NCBI GenBank assembly: GCA_003132445.1 | Contig: PKXU01000152.1 | Location: 32,667-96,666 of the forward strand | Origin: Acidobacteriaceae bacterium | Lineage (GTDB): Bacteria; Acidobacteriota; Terriglobia; Terriglobales; Acidobacteriaceae | Length of the DNA stretch: 64,000 bases | Direction of reading: 5' to 3' | Shown: positions 1-9,800 of the stretch, piece after piece | Layout: every line of letters begins with the position of its first letter | Numbering within the stretch: position 1 is the first letter of the stretch | Program-made: the position numbers and the translations under genes | Notes under the pieces: model-generated | Told to the model about the DNA's origin: nothing | What the model saw: only the letters and a program-made list of their open reading frames with translations | The model's database searches: none

Positions 1-157
1 ACGAGTCGCTTTGACGGCGTTCATTGCGCCCGCAACAATAGCGGGGAGAGCGAATGGAAGTCAACGGCAGGATGTGCGCGGTCGCGTGCGGGTTGACAGA
101 GGCGGCTGCAAAGTGCAGACTCTCCTCGACTCGACAACACTATTTGACGGAGGAATC

Positions 158-892
158 TTGACACACCATTTCGTTGCGGCAGCGGTTGTGCCTACTATTT
201 CTGGCCAGGAGGCGACGCAGCTCATTCTGCGCTGGTTTCATTTCATCGCCGGCATTCTGTGGGTGGGCCTTCTTTATTTTTTCAACCTGGTCAATGTCCC
301 TTTCATGAAGCAAGTGGACGCGAGCATGAAATCGAAAATATTTCAGAACCTGACTTTGCCGGCACTGAACTGGTTTCGGTGGAGCGCGCTGGTTACGGTG
401 TTTATCGGATTCTGGTATTGGTCGCAGTTTTATGTGGCTCCGGATGCGCGGCGGCAAGGCACCAGCGCCGGCGCGACGATTGGACTCTTTCTGCTGTTGT
501 GGATCGCGGTGTGGTTCGTTCTTTTTCTTGTGATCAAGAAGATGCCCTCCAGCGGAATCATTCTTGGAGTGATTACTGCCGTGCTGGTCTACGCGGCGGG
601 ATGGATATTTGTTCACTACACTCCGGCCGGCGGGGATGACAATCACGTGGTTGCGATTGGCGTTGGCGGCGGGATGGGGATTGTGATGCTGTTCAATGTG
701 TGGGGCATTATCTGGCCGAACAACAAGAAGATCATTCGCGGAACGCTGGCCGGCACGCCCCCGGCGAACGCGGCCACGATGGCGCGGCAGGCATTCTTGG
801 CATCACGCACAAACTTCTTTCTATCGGTGCCGCTGCTGTTTTACATGGCGGCCAGTTCGCACTTTTCCAGCACGGTGATTTTCGGGAAGTAG
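158..892 (+). CDS. Polytopic membrane protein, PuuD-like membrane-domain family (function uncertain)
   Basis: Track ORF 11..892 with several hydrophobic segments. LRWFHFIAGILWVGLLYFFN resembles the conserved His/Trp membrane motif of urate hydroxylase PuuD-type proteins. Start uncertain: in-frame TTG 158 right after GGAGGA (149-154), or GTG 188. The window edge limits checking upstream. Confidence 0.5.
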   Translation: MTHHFVAAAVVPTISGQEATQLILRWFHFIAGILWVGLLYFFNLVNVPFMKQVDASMKSKIFQNLTLPALNWFRWSALVTVFIGFWYWSQFYVAPDARRQGTSAGATIGLFLLLWIAVWFVLFLVIKKMPSSGIILGVITAVLVYAAGWIFVHYTPAGGDDNHVVAIGVGGGMGIVMLFNVWGIIWPNNKKIIRGTLAGTPPANAATMARQAFLASRTNFFLSVPLLFYMAASSHFSSTVIFGK

Positions 893-923
893 TGCGGAGG
901 GCATCAGTTTATTGAGGCAAGAG

Positions 924-952
924 TGGCGCGGCTAAGAGCCGCGCCATTTGTT
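924..952 (+). terminator. Rho-independent terminator candidate
   Basis: TGGCGCGGCT / AGCCGCGCCA stem with a short loop, followed by TTTGTT, about 30 nt after the stop at 892. Confidence 0.7.
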
Positions 953-962
953 AATGAGCTTT

Positions 963-1050
963 GAGCGATGAGCGATGAGCGATGAGCGATAAGCCAAAAC
1001 CCGGAGCAGCCTGAACTGGCTCACAGCTCGTAGCTCGTTGCTCATCGCTC
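963..1050. repeat. Heptad-arm hairpin element, (GAGCGAT)n type
   Basis: Left arm 963-995 is GAGCGAT x4 plus AAGCC. Right arm 1018-1050 is its imperfect reverse complement (26/33 by hand alignment), also with period 7. Confidence 0.8.
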
Positions 1051-1081
1051 CATTCTGTGGAATTGGATGTCGCCGCGAGTC

Positions 1082-1738
1082 CTAGCCGAAAATGTCGACG
1101 TGCACGATCATCCGCACGCCGTCGCCCAGCTTCACATTCTTCCCTTTCGACGTGAGGACGCCGTTGTTCAGTTCGAGGCCATGTATGCCCTGCACGCCGG
1201 TTGCATTCACATTCGCTCCGGACTGCGCTTTTGAATTGGTTTCCATGTTCGAGCCGGTGTGGGTATCGGTTACGGTGCCAACATCGCCACCACCGAGTGA
1301 AGAACCTCCCGCCCCCGCAGTGGCCTTTCCCGCCATCTGAGGCTCAGGTTGTTCCTCTGGAGCAGATACCGCCTGTACCATTCCTTTAACAGACAGCTGT
1401 TTTCCATTCGCGACTTCCAACTTATCGAAGGCGATCGTCAATTGCGACTCAGCATCGCCTTTGGAGCGCGCCTTCGCGGCAGTGACTTGCCCTGTTAACT
1501 TTGACCCCTTCGGAACCAGAGTGCCATCCCGCAATTTGAAACTTCCCGCCGTCACGACCTCAACCGTGTCTCCTTCTTTCAGTTTACTGGAGTCGAGCGT
1601 CTTGACGACCTTCACCGGAAAGGCTCCATGACCCACCGCAGCGGGCGCGGCTTGGGCCGCCGCCAATGTGTCCCCTTGCCCGAGGCATACAAACACTGCG
1701 AGCAATGTGCTCAGACTTACAACGCGAATTTTATCCAT
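1082..1738 (-). CDS. Secreted hypothetical protein
   Basis: Track ORF 1082..1753. ATG at 1738 is preceded by GGAGGTG with a 6-nt spacer. N-terminus MDKIRVVSLSTLLAVFVCLGQG looks like a signal peptide. No recognisable domain. Confidence 0.6.
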   Translation of the reverse strand: MDKIRVVSLSTLLAVFVCLGQGDTLAAAQAAPAAVGHGAFPVKVVKTLDSSKLKEGDTVEVVTAGSFKLRDGTLVPKGSKLTGQVTAAKARSKGDAESQLTIAFDKLEVANGKQLSVKGMVQAVSAPEEQPEPQMAGKATAGAGGSSLGGGDVGTVTDTHTGSNMETNSKAQSGANVNATGVQGIHGLELNNGVLTSKGKNVKLGDGVRMIVHVDIFG

Positions 1739-1812
1739 ACAATCCACCTCCAATTACTTCGATGCGGAAATTATAGTTCACTCAAGTGTCATCTGCGGCG
1801 GTCGACTGAAAG

Positions 1813-1844
1813 ACAAAAAAGAGGCCGACCTTTCGGCCGGCCTC
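1813..1844 (-). terminator. Rho-independent terminator of the TonB-dependent receptor gene
   Basis: The minus strand reads GAGGCCGGCCGAAAGGTCGGCCTC followed by TTTTTTGTCTTT, about 20 nt after the stop at 1866. Confidence 0.8.
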
Positions 1845-1865
1845 GAGGATTTTCGTGTCGCTGAC

Positions 1866-4800
1866 TTAGAACACAATCTTCGCGCTGACCTGCATGACGC
1901 GCGGAGATGAGTCAAAGCCCAGGAAGTTGCCATAGGGGCTGGTTGGCGTCCCCTGCATGCTTTCGATCGCTCCGAACGTAGGATCGGGGGTTGCCACGCC
2001 TCCGGTGTAGGTGCTGAGGTAGTTTGCGTTGGGAAGAGCGAAGTTGGGATGGTTGAACGCGTTGAACGCTTGCGCGCCGATCGCCATGTTGACCCGTTCC
2101 GCAATCTTGAAGTTCTTGAACAGGTTCAGGTCCATGTCGAAGTAGTGCGGCCCGCGATACTGATTGCGGCGCTGCGTGGGGAAGGTGATTGCCGTAACGC
2201 TGGCATCATTCACGTCCAGCACTCCTGCGGCGCTCAAGCATTCCGGCACGCCCAGTCCATCGTAGCTAGCGTTAGCCTTGCCGCAGCCGCCGGGCTGCGC
2301 GTTTCCGATGATTTGGGCAGGGATAGTGTCTCCACCATCAAGGATCGTGCCCGCAAGGTTGCCGTCCGAGATCGTATACGGCAATCCCGTGCGCCAGAAC
2401 GCCTTGCCAGAGAACTGCCAGCCATTGATCAACCACTTCAGCGGGCCGGTCTGATGGAATTCCGGATTGAAGACGAAGTCACCGTTCACAAGATGACGAA
2501 TGTCGTAATCGGAGTTGCCATAGTTATCCTGACGCAGGCTCACTGGAGAGATCTGGCCCAGGATGGTGTTGTTGCCTTCGAAACCATACTGGGAGATACC
2601 ACCATTGGAGGTCTCGTCAATGTTGTGCGACCAGGTGTAATTCAGGTGAGCCGAGACCCATTTGGTGAATTGCTTTCTCAAACTGAACGTGAGCCCGTTG
2701 TAGTTGGAGACTGCTCCCTGGCTATATTGAGTGACGGTCGAATAGCTGGCGGCGGGTGCATTGATGGGAACGCTGCCGCTGTAGAAACCGCCGGTTCCGT
2801 CGTAGGCGTCGGGCCACGCGTTTGAGTAGGAGATGCGGGACCCGTGATTGCCGACGTAGTTGACGATGAACACCAAGCTGTGACTTAGCTCCTGCTGCAC
2901 TTCCAGGTTGTATTCCTGCCACTCGGGGGAATGGATTGTGCCAATAATACCGTTGGCCGCCGGTGGTTCGAACACCACTCCAGCCGGCATGGCGGCTTGG
3001 ATCTGGTTGAAGCTGTTTGTGATGCTGAAAGCACTGGCTGAGGCCTGATAGGTAGCGGGCGCCCCGCTGGGATCGAACGGAAGCACGCCCACGCTACTCG
3101 GATTACTTCGAACCCGGAACGTGACGGAAACCGGAGGATTAGCGAGTAAGTTGTCGACCATGGCAGCAGCCGGGTTATCGTAAAACTGCCCGAAGCCGCC
3201 GCTGACTACGGTCTTACCGTTGCCACGCGGATCCCAGCTGAAGCCGATACGGGGAGACCAGAGAAGCGAGTCCACGCCCGGATATGCGTTGTGCTGGTTG
3301 TCGGCGATATCGGCACTGTAAGGAACGTCTAAAGAGCCGGTTGAGCCGGCTGCAACTGCCGCTGAGTCGGCGAATGGCCCTTTGAGGTTGGCAAAACAAT
3401 TGATCTGGCACACCGGGTTCGAATTATGCTCTACGCGCAACGCCAAGGTTAACTTGAGGTTGTGCGTCGCCTTCCATTCGTCCTGCCCGTAGACTCCCAT
3501 GCCCCACATCGCAATGGGAACGTCGGTGGATGCGTTGTCAGCCTTGCGATACTGGAAAGCGACTCCATCCGCGAAGGATTGCAACTCGTTGGTCGTATAG
3601 CCCCAGTAAACCACAGGCGAATTGTAAAAAAAGTTGTGATCGCTCACGTCGTAGCGACGGAAGTTTTCGCCGAACTTGAAGGTGTGGTTGCCATGCGTCC
3701 AGGAGAAGTCGTCGATGATCTGATATTGCGTGATGTTACGGCCCTGGGGGAAAGAAGCCGCTGCGGAGTTGGGACTCGTGAAGTTATAGATGCCCTGATC
3801 CTCGCTGAATGCCTCCTCATAGTTGAAAGCGGAGGCCGCATTCGGAGCGGTGAACTGGGCTACGTAATGGCTGAGCGTGGCGGTGAATGAGTTCGTCTTG
3901 GTGGGCCCGAACACGTGCGTCTCCGACACTTGCGAGTCCCAGCTCGGCTGCAGGGAGTTGGCGTCGAAGATCGGGTCGATCGGATCCAGGTGGGTCGGCT
4001 GCAACCCGTGGTCCAGTTTGTAGCGGCCGAAGATGTTGTCGTTAGCACCAAGCTTCTGGTCCACGCGGAAGGACAAAATGTATTCCCATGCGAGAGCCGT
4101 CGGGGTCGCGGTGTAAGACTGTGAGCAGGGCGAGGTCCCTGGCGTAAAGCCAGGTGTCGGCACCGTGAAGGCCAGTGTGGAGCAAGAATCGCCAGGAATG
4201 ATGGGGTTCACCGTGGCGGTGTTGTAGCCCGGGGCGCTCGTCCAAAAACCGAGTAATTTGCTCATCGTCGCTGCTTCGGCCGGATTGCTCGCGGCCGTTT
4301 GGGCCGCGACCGCGGCGGCAAATCCGGGCGTGGGAGAAGTCACCAGGTCCTGGTTTGGAAGTACGAAGCGCATTCCCTCGTAATCGACGAAGAAGAATGT
4401 ATGGTCCTTGATGATCGGCCCGCCGATGGATGTCGCCCACTGATTGGCATTGGAGAAGCCCGGAATATTCGGGGCTCCAGAGGCCAACTGACCCTGCTTA
4501 TTCATCCAGTCATTGGCGTTCAACAGCCGTCCGTTCCACCAGTACTCCGCATTGCCGTGGAACTGGTTGGTGCCGGACTTGGTCACATAGGTGACCTGCG
4601 CGCCAGCGAGCTGCCCGTACTGGCCGCCGTAGGGGTTGGTGATGACGGTCGCTTCGCCGATTTCGTTCTGGCCCAGGGTAAGGTTCGACGCGCCCGAGTT
4701 GTTGATATTGAAGTACGGGTCCATGTCGTTCTCGCCGTTAACCGTGAACAGGTTCGATGTGGCCGGCATGCCGTTGGCGGTGAAGTTGCCGTAACCCATG

Positions 4801-5306
4801 GTTCCGTTGACTACCACTCCAGGAGCGGTGTCGGCGATGTTGGTGATGTCGCCACCGGCGCTCGGCAGCTGCGCGACTTCTTCCTGCGTGAAGGCAGTGT
4901 TGTTGCTGGGCTCAGTGTTGATGAGTGGCGCCGTGCCGGAAACTTCAACGGTTTCAGTGCCTTTGGCGACGGTGAGATTGATCTCGACGTTGGAAGTCTG
5001 ACCGACTTCGACCGTCACGGTCTGCACCACTTCGGCAAACCCGGCTTGTTTGACGGTGATCTGATAGTGGCCCGGCTTCAACAGGCCAAAGCTATATCCG
5101 CCGTTGGAGTTCGTCTTACCAGACGCGGTGGAACCCGTGTCCAAGCCCTTCAGATCGACCGGTGCGTCCGGGATCACGGCGTGACTGGGATCCAACACTG
5201 TGCCCGTGATATTGCCGGTGGTCAACGATTGACCAAACATCGGAGCGGTCGCCAGGGACAGCGTCAACAATAAAACCGCAATAATAGCGAAACGTTCAAA
5301 CCGCAT
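1866..5306 (-). CDS. TonB-dependent outer-membrane receptor with N-terminal carboxypeptidase-regulatory-like domain
   Basis: Track ORF 1866..5423. ATG at 5306 is preceded by TAAGGAGGCAGGAA. Signal peptide MRFERFAIIAVLLLTLSLATAPMFGQ. The CarboxypepD_reg-like segment is GNITGTVLD...GGYSFGLLKPGHYQITVKQAGF. Long beta-barrel-like body ending in ...AKIVF (terminal Phe). Confidence 0.85.
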   Translation of the reverse strand: MRFERFAIIAVLLLTLSLATAPMFGQSLTTGNITGTVLDPSHAVIPDAPVDLKGLDTGSTASGKTNSNGGYSFGLLKPGHYQITVKQAGFAEVVQTVTVEVGQTSNVEINLTVAKGTETVEVSGTAPLINTEPSNNTAFTQEEVAQLPSAGGDITNIADTAPGVVVNGTMGYGNFTANGMPATSNLFTVNGENDMDPYFNINNSGASNLTLGQNEIGEATVITNPYGGQYGQLAGAQVTYVTKSGTNQFHGNAEYWWNGRLLNANDWMNKQGQLASGAPNIPGFSNANQWATSIGGPIIKDHTFFFVDYEGMRFVLPNQDLVTSPTPGFAAAVAAQTAASNPAEAATMSKLLGFWTSAPGYNTATVNPIIPGDSCSTLAFTVPTPGFTPGTSPCSQSYTATPTALAWEYILSFRVDQKLGANDNIFGRYKLDHGLQPTHLDPIDPIFDANSLQPSWDSQVSETHVFGPTKTNSFTATLSHYVAQFTAPNAASAFNYEEAFSEDQGIYNFTSPNSAAASFPQGRNITQYQIIDDFSWTHGNHTFKFGENFRRYDVSDHNFFYNSPVVYWGYTTNELQSFADGVAFQYRKADNASTDVPIAMWGMGVYGQDEWKATHNLKLTLALRVEHNSNPVCQINCFANLKGPFADSAAVAAGSTGSLDVPYSADIADNQHNAYPGVDSLLWSPRIGFSWDPRGNGKTVVSGGFGQFYDNPAAAMVDNLLANPPVSVTFRVRSNPSSVGVLPFDPSGAPATYQASASAFSITNSFNQIQAAMPAGVVFEPPAANGIIGTIHSPEWQEYNLEVQQELSHSLVFIVNYVGNHGSRISYSNAWPDAYDGTGGFYSGSVPINAPAASYSTVTQYSQGAVSNYNGLTFSLRKQFTKWVSAHLNYTWSHNIDETSNGGISQYGFEGNNTILGQISPVSLRQDNYGNSDYDIRHLVNGDFVFNPEFHQTGPLKWLINGWQFSGKAFWRTGLPYTISDGNLAGTILDGGDTIPAQIIGNAQPGGCGKANASYDGLGVPECLSAAGVLDVNDASVTAITFPTQRRNQYRGPHYFDMDLNLFKNFKIAERVNMAIGAQAFNAFNHPNFALPNANYLSTYTGGVATPDPTFGAIESMQGTPTSPYGNFLGFDSSPRVMQVSAKIVF

Positions 5307-5667
5307 TTCCTGCCTCCTTAGAAGTAGTACTACTAGAATCGAATCAAGCGCTTTGGCCGGATTTCCGGGGAAAATCGCGCGATCCGATGGATTTGCAAAC
5401 CTCGAAAGCCTTGAATGTCGCAAGCGCTGGGCGCTTCAAAAATCTGACTGCTCATCTTTCCCGTCTGTCGCGGGCAATGGTTGTCTGAAAGAAAAGGCAC
5501 GTGTTCTAGTGCAACTAACGATCCAAACAGAACCCATAACAAACAACTTGTTTTCAACAGTTTAGTGTGGCATCGCCGACGATGGATTCTAAAATCGGTA
5601 GAAATACAGCCACCACAATATGGCAATTGGAATACAGGAGAAAAACCGCAAATCTCGGTGTAATACT

Positions 5668-6714
5668 TTACCCGCGCCGTTTCCTGGCCGGTTTGGAGGG
5701 AACCTCTCCGGGCGCTAAGACTCTTCTGACCATGGGAGTGTTGAGCTTGTATTTTCGTTCGCTGACGTTGCCGGCGTCATCTTTCACGCGCAGGATGAAA
5801 ACCGGCAGAGTTCCCTCTCTGTCGAAGTTCTCTTTGGTTACGGTTACGGGCAAAATTCCGTCCAGACCGTGTTCGCGATAAGCGGTTTCGTAACGATGCT
5901 TGCGGGCGTTCCAGGTGAACACGCGAACTTGATCGAAGTCATAAGGCAAGCCGTCGTGGGGGTCGGTGAGGATGCAAAGATATTCCGGGACCTGTTTCTG
6001 CACACCTTTATCGTTATCCGGCATCTGGTCGAGAACAAAAAAAGCGACGAAGCGCTGGCCTTCGGCGTATTGCGCGATATCGAGTGGCAGGTCCACGTCG
6101 ACCATTCGGGCCAGCACCCAACCGACGCGGCCTTGATCGTCGCGTACCAGCAACCAGTCTTCAAGAAGAGACGCCGCCTGGGCTTTTGCTGCGGACTTAG
6201 TTGCGGGCTTGGCTGCGGGTTTGGGCGGAGGCAGTGTAGCCGACTGTTTGTCGGCGGTCGCCCGCTTTAAAATGGCGACCTTCGCGCCGGACGCCAGTTG
6301 GTAGAGGTGCTCAGTCTCGCGTCCCGGGGATACGTGCAGATTGGTTTCGTTGCGCAGTGCGCCTGGAGCCTGCACGGGATCGTTCTGATTATCCTGGGTG
6401 AGCTTCTGCAGGGCGTCGAAGGTCTTCTGATCGACCAGGTAGCGCTGCTCGATCCAGCCTTCAATGCCACTGTCGGTGCGCACACGCGCGAAGCGCTTTT
6501 CACGTTCCAGCACTTCTACGCGCTCGCCATTTTTCACATTGCCGACGCGGTTGTACATGGCCGCAACCTGGTCGCGAAGCCCGGCTTGCGGCGCGGATAC
6601 GTATGCCACCTCCAGCACCCGGTGGCGGCCATGATTACAAGCAGCAAGCAGAAGGATGGCAGCCACTGCCACTGGCAACAGGCAACGAGCACGAGATGAG
6701 AACGTCGGTGTCAT
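5668..6714 (-). CDS. SH3b-like domain lipoprotein
   Basis: Lipobox-like N-terminus LLPVAVAAILLLAAC. Two SH3b-like segments: GERVEVLEREKRFARVRTDSGIEGWIEQRYL and DWLLVRDDQGRVGWVLARMV. Confidence 0.6.
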   Translation of the reverse strand: MTPTFSSRARCLLPVAVAAILLLAACNHGRHRVLEVAYVSAPQAGLRDQVAAMYNRVGNVKNGERVEVLEREKRFARVRTDSGIEGWIEQRYLVDQKTFDALQKLTQDNQNDPVQAPGALRNETNLHVSPGRETEHLYQLASGAKVAILKRATADKQSATLPPPKPAAKPATKSAAKAQAASLLEDWLLVRDDQGRVGWVLARMVDVDLPLDIAQYAEGQRFVAFFVLDQMPDNDKGVQKQVPEYLCILTDPHDGLPYDFDQVRVFTWNARKHRYETAYREHGLDGILPVTVTKENFDREGTLPVFILRVKDDAGNVSERKYKLNTPMVRRVLAPGEVPSKPARKRRG

Positions 6715-6715
6715 T

Positions 6716-6757
6716 GTTACGGTGCCATGGTTACGGTGTCACGGTATCGGTGTCACG
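6716..6757. repeat. 14-nt tandem repeat x3 abutting the start codon of the 5668..6714 gene
   Basis: Units are GTTACGGTGCCATG, GTTACGGTGTCACG and GTATCGGTGTCACG. The array ends 1 nt from the ATG (6712-6714 on the minus strand), so there is no room for a Shine-Dalgarno sequence. Confidence 0.8.
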
Positions 6758-7016
6758 ATGGATGAGGCGAAAGGAACTTTCTACTATAGCGCGTGGAGGT
6801 TGGGAGTTTCCGACACGAAGGTTTACGATTCATGGACCTGACGGAAGCGAAAGATTTGAGGTTCAAGACGTGACTTTTAAGACGCGAGTGTTTAAGACAT
6901 TGCCTTCGAGACATGACGAAGCGGCGTCGGTTACGATATCAAGGTAATAGTTGCAGATGAGGCATTTCCTGCTTCCAAGATATTTATCAGCTATTTTTTA
7001 AGATGAACTAACACCG

Positions 7017-7628
7017 ATGAAGAAAACCTTCCGTAACCGTCTGGTGGTTTTGACTGTCGCACTGTTGATTACACTTGGTAGCTCTTTCTACGCTCTGGCG
7101 CAAGACACGCTGGATTCGGTGCTGCGTCCTCCAAAGGGTGCGCAGGTTGCCATTATCGTATTCGAGGATTTGCAATGTCCCATGTGCAGCCGTACCGCGC
7201 CGCTGCTGGAGCAGGCTTCGAAAACTTACAACATTCCCGTGGTGCGTCATGATTTTCCGTTGCCCATGCACAACTGGTCTTACCAGGGGGCGGTAATGGC
7301 CCGCTATTTCGACACTCATTCCAAGGCCTTGGGCAACGAGTTCCGCGATTACATTTTTGCCAACCAGCTGGAGATCAATCCGCAGAACTTGCGCGCCTAC
7401 GCGGAAAAATTCGCCGCCGCGCATAAAGTAGAGTTGCCGTTTGTGATTGATCCAGGAGGAAAACTCGCCGCGCTGGTGAATGCGGACCGCGATTTAGGCA
7501 AGGCCATCAAGCTTGACCACACGCCCACGGTTTACATCGTGAGCAGCCGAAATCCCAACAAACCGTATGTAGAAGTCAGAGACAATAGCCAGCTCTATTT
7601 GACCATCGACAATATGATGAGAGAGTAG
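7017..7628 (+). CDS. DsbA-family thiol:disulfide oxidoreductase (secreted)
   Basis: Signal peptide, CPMC active-site motif (FEDLQCPMCSR) and a cis-Pro loop-like HTPTVYIV. Confidence 0.8.
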   Translation: MKKTFRNRLVVLTVALLITLGSSFYALAQDTLDSVLRPPKGAQVAIIVFEDLQCPMCSRTAPLLEQASKTYNIPVVRHDFPLPMHNWSYQGAVMARYFDTHSKALGNEFRDYIFANQLEINPQNLRAYAEKFAAAHKVELPFVIDPGGKLAALVNADRDLGKAIKLDHTPTVYIVSSRNPNKPYVEVRDNSQLYLTIDNMMRE

Positions 7629-7635
7629 GCGGAGC

Positions 7636-7679
7636 AATTGATGATTGATGATTTTTGATTGCTGAGTGTTGATTGCGAG
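7636..7679. repeat. Heptanucleotide tandem repeat (ATTGATG-like x6, degenerate)
   Basis: ATTGATG ATTGATG ATTTTTG ATTGCTG AGTGTTG ATTGCGA, directly after the dsbA-like stop. I found no complementary arm. Confidence 0.7.
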
Positions 7680-7763
7680 ACAGGCACCTCTTGCAGGTTT
7701 TTTCGGGGTCGGATTATCGTCCCATGCAACGCGGTTTCCCAGGGGCTAACTCTCTGACTCGCA

Positions 7764-7786
7764 CGCGGGCGGGGCGCCCGCGCCAC
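7764..7786. repeat. REP-like GC hairpin, family R2
   Basis: CGCGGGCGGGGCGCCCGCGCCAC. The same core is seen at 14379-14402, 25899-25922 and 45888-45910. Confidence 0.75.
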
Positions 7787-7810
7787 CAAAGCTCGAACCA
7801 CAGTAAAGTT

Positions 7811-8875
7811 CTAATCTCCGAATCCAATTCCGATCGCTCGGGCCGTGCGTACCAGCTCGCCTTCGGGGCGAACGGACTTCAATTGGCCGATGGCGTCGGC
7901 CATGTTCACTGCAACAATGGAGCTGGCACGCAAGGCGACCATTTTTCCAAACTCGCCGCGAGCAATCAGCTCAACCGCGGAGACGCCGAAGCGGGTCGCC
8001 AGCACCCGGTCGAATGGCGAGGGCGAACCACCGCGCTGGATGTGCCCCAGGACGCTGACCCGAACCTCTTTGTGCGATCCCGCGGCAATGGCGTTGCCGA
8101 TCAAGTTGCCGACCGGGTTGTTGCGCCGATTCTCTTTCAGCTCAGGAGGAGTCTTCACACCCTCTGCGACCACCACAATCGTGAAATCCCGGCCGCCCTG
8201 TTCGCGCTTGGCGATGAAGTCGCACACGCCCTTGATGGTGAACGGGATTTCAGGAATCAGGATGATATGCGCCCCACCGGCGATGCCGCCAGCCAGCGCA
8301 ATCCAGCCACAGTCCCGGCCCATGACTTCCACTACCATCACGCGGTGATGGGATGCTCCCGTGGTATGGATCTTGTCGATCGCATCCGTCACCGTGTGCA
8401 GCGCAGTGTCGAACCCGAAGGTAAGCTCTGTGGCCGACAAGTCATTGTCGATCGTCTTGGGTACACCGACGATCTTCAAGCCTTTCTGAAAAAGCTCGTG
8501 GCCGATGGTTTGCGAGCCATCGCCGCCGATGGTAATGATGGCGTCGATTCCAAGCTTTCTGGAATTGGCGATGACTTGACCGGAAATGTCACTCAGAACT
8601 GTCTGGCCATCATTGGTTGATTTGTATCTGAAGGGATTGCCACGATTGGTGGTGCCGAGGATGGTTCCACCTCGGGGCAGAATGCCACTCACTTTGTCGA
8701 GCGTGAGTTCGAAGGATTTTTCTGGCCAGATGAGCCCATCAAATCCATCCGGAATGCCAATGACTTTCCACTGGTGTTTGAGGATCGCGGCTTTCGTAGC
8801 GGCGCGAATGACAGCGTTCAGGCCGGGGGCGTCCCCGCCCCCGGTGGCGATGCCGATGCAGCGAATATCAGACAT
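7811..8875 (-). CDS. pfk: 6-phosphofructokinase (phosphoryl donor not assignable from sequence alone)
   Basis: IGIATGGGDAPGLNAVIRA, ITIGGDGS and VPKTIDNDL are PFK family A motifs. Gly in GGDGS is ATP-like and Lys in PKTIDND is PPi-like. Confidence 0.9.
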   Translation of the reverse strand: MSDIRCIGIATGGGDAPGLNAVIRAATKAAILKHQWKVIGIPDGFDGLIWPEKSFELTLDKVSGILPRGGTILGTTNRGNPFRYKSTNDGQTVLSDISGQVIANSRKLGIDAIITIGGDGSQTIGHELFQKGLKIVGVPKTIDNDLSATELTFGFDTALHTVTDAIDKIHTTGASHHRVMVVEVMGRDCGWIALAGGIAGGAHIILIPEIPFTIKGVCDFIAKREQGGRDFTIVVVAEGVKTPPELKENRRNNPVGNLIGNAIAAGSHKEVRVSVLGHIQRGGSPSPFDRVLATRFGVSAVELIARGEFGKMVALRASSIVAVNMADAIGQLKSVRPEGELVRTARAIGIGFGD

Positions 8876-9110
8876 GGGAAATTAATTGTGAGTAACGACG
8901 ATCATAAAACTCTCTCGAGGGATGAACAAAGTTACGAGAGGGCATTGGTGGAACTGGGCTTGCGAGCGAACTCCGAATCAACTACCGGCGGGAAGACACT
9001 TGTGGGAAAGCTTGGGTGCTGAGAATAAATCGCGAAAGAAAACAGGCAGCCGGCGCGTTGACCGTTTTTCGAGCTTCCGCAGCGCAAAAAGATCGACGGA
9101 CTCGGCTCGC

Positions 9111-9770
9111 TTACGATGCCGGAGCTATGGTAAGAGTGGTCTGGAAGCTGCTGTTCACTCCATTACACGTATAGACAGCAAAAATGGTGACCGGGGTTGA
9201 GCCAGTAATGGTAAGCCCGCTGGTGTCGATAGTCGCTGGATCTCCGGCGATAATCGTAACTCCGGAATTGCTGGTAGACCAGGTAACGCCGGCACTGATA
9301 TCGACCGGCCCGGAAATTCCCGAAACCACTGTCGTCGCGGTGGCGGTAGCGTCGGCGCCGACGGTGACGCTCGATGGGTCCAACGTGATGGTGAAGTTCG
9401 TTCCATTCTGCACGCAAACCGTGGCGGAAGCGGTGGCGCTGATTCCCTGATAGTCGGCGGAGATGGTGGCCGGCGTGGAGCTGAGGTCGTTGCCGGTCAG
9501 GACTCCCGAACTGCTGACGCCGACGGCGCCGCTGCTGCTCGACCATGAAACTTTACCGGTGATATTTCCCGCCGAGGAAGAGTCCGTATTCGTGCCGTAA
9601 GCCGTGAGTTGCGTGGTTCCGCCGAGGGGCACGTTAGGACTGGTAGGAGAGATGGTGATCGAGGCCAGCTGTTCGGGCACGAAAAATCCGGTGCAGCTCG
9701 CGGCGAAAGCCAACAATGCTAGCGCGGCGATGGCGCCTGCCACTTGGAATTTGTGTTTCCTGGATAACAT
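9111..9770 (-). CDS. Bacterial Ig-like (Big_2-like) domain lipoprotein
   Basis: Lipobox ALALLAFAASC. Two Ser/Thr-rich beta-domain-like segments (ITISPTSPNVPLGGTTQLTAYG..., FTITLDPSSVTVGADATATATT...). Confidence 0.6.
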   Translation of the reverse strand: MLSRKHKFQVAGAIAALALLAFAASCTGFFVPEQLASITISPTSPNVPLGGTTQLTAYGTNTDSSSAGNITGKVSWSSSSGAVGVSSSGVLTGNDLSSTPATISADYQGISATASATVCVQNGTNFTITLDPSSVTVGADATATATTVVSGISGPVDISAGVTWSTSNSGVTIIAGDPATIDTSGLTITGSTPVTIFAVYTCNGVNSSFQTTLTIAPAS

Positions 9771-9800
9771 AAGCGTAACGAGTCCTTGCGCGCCCCGGTT

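Noticed and set aside
2049-5273. Long ORFs antisense to or overlapping real genes. Examples: 2049..2825, 4299..5273, 7673..8620, 9852..10655, 15370..16269, 20276..21301, 31448..32404, 37396..38403, 41088..42065, 48158..49303, 52647..53567.
   Set aside because: They lie opposite strongly motif-supported genes. They are rich in Arg/Gly/Ala/Pro, as expected for shadow frames in high-GC DNA, and carry no recognisable motifs.
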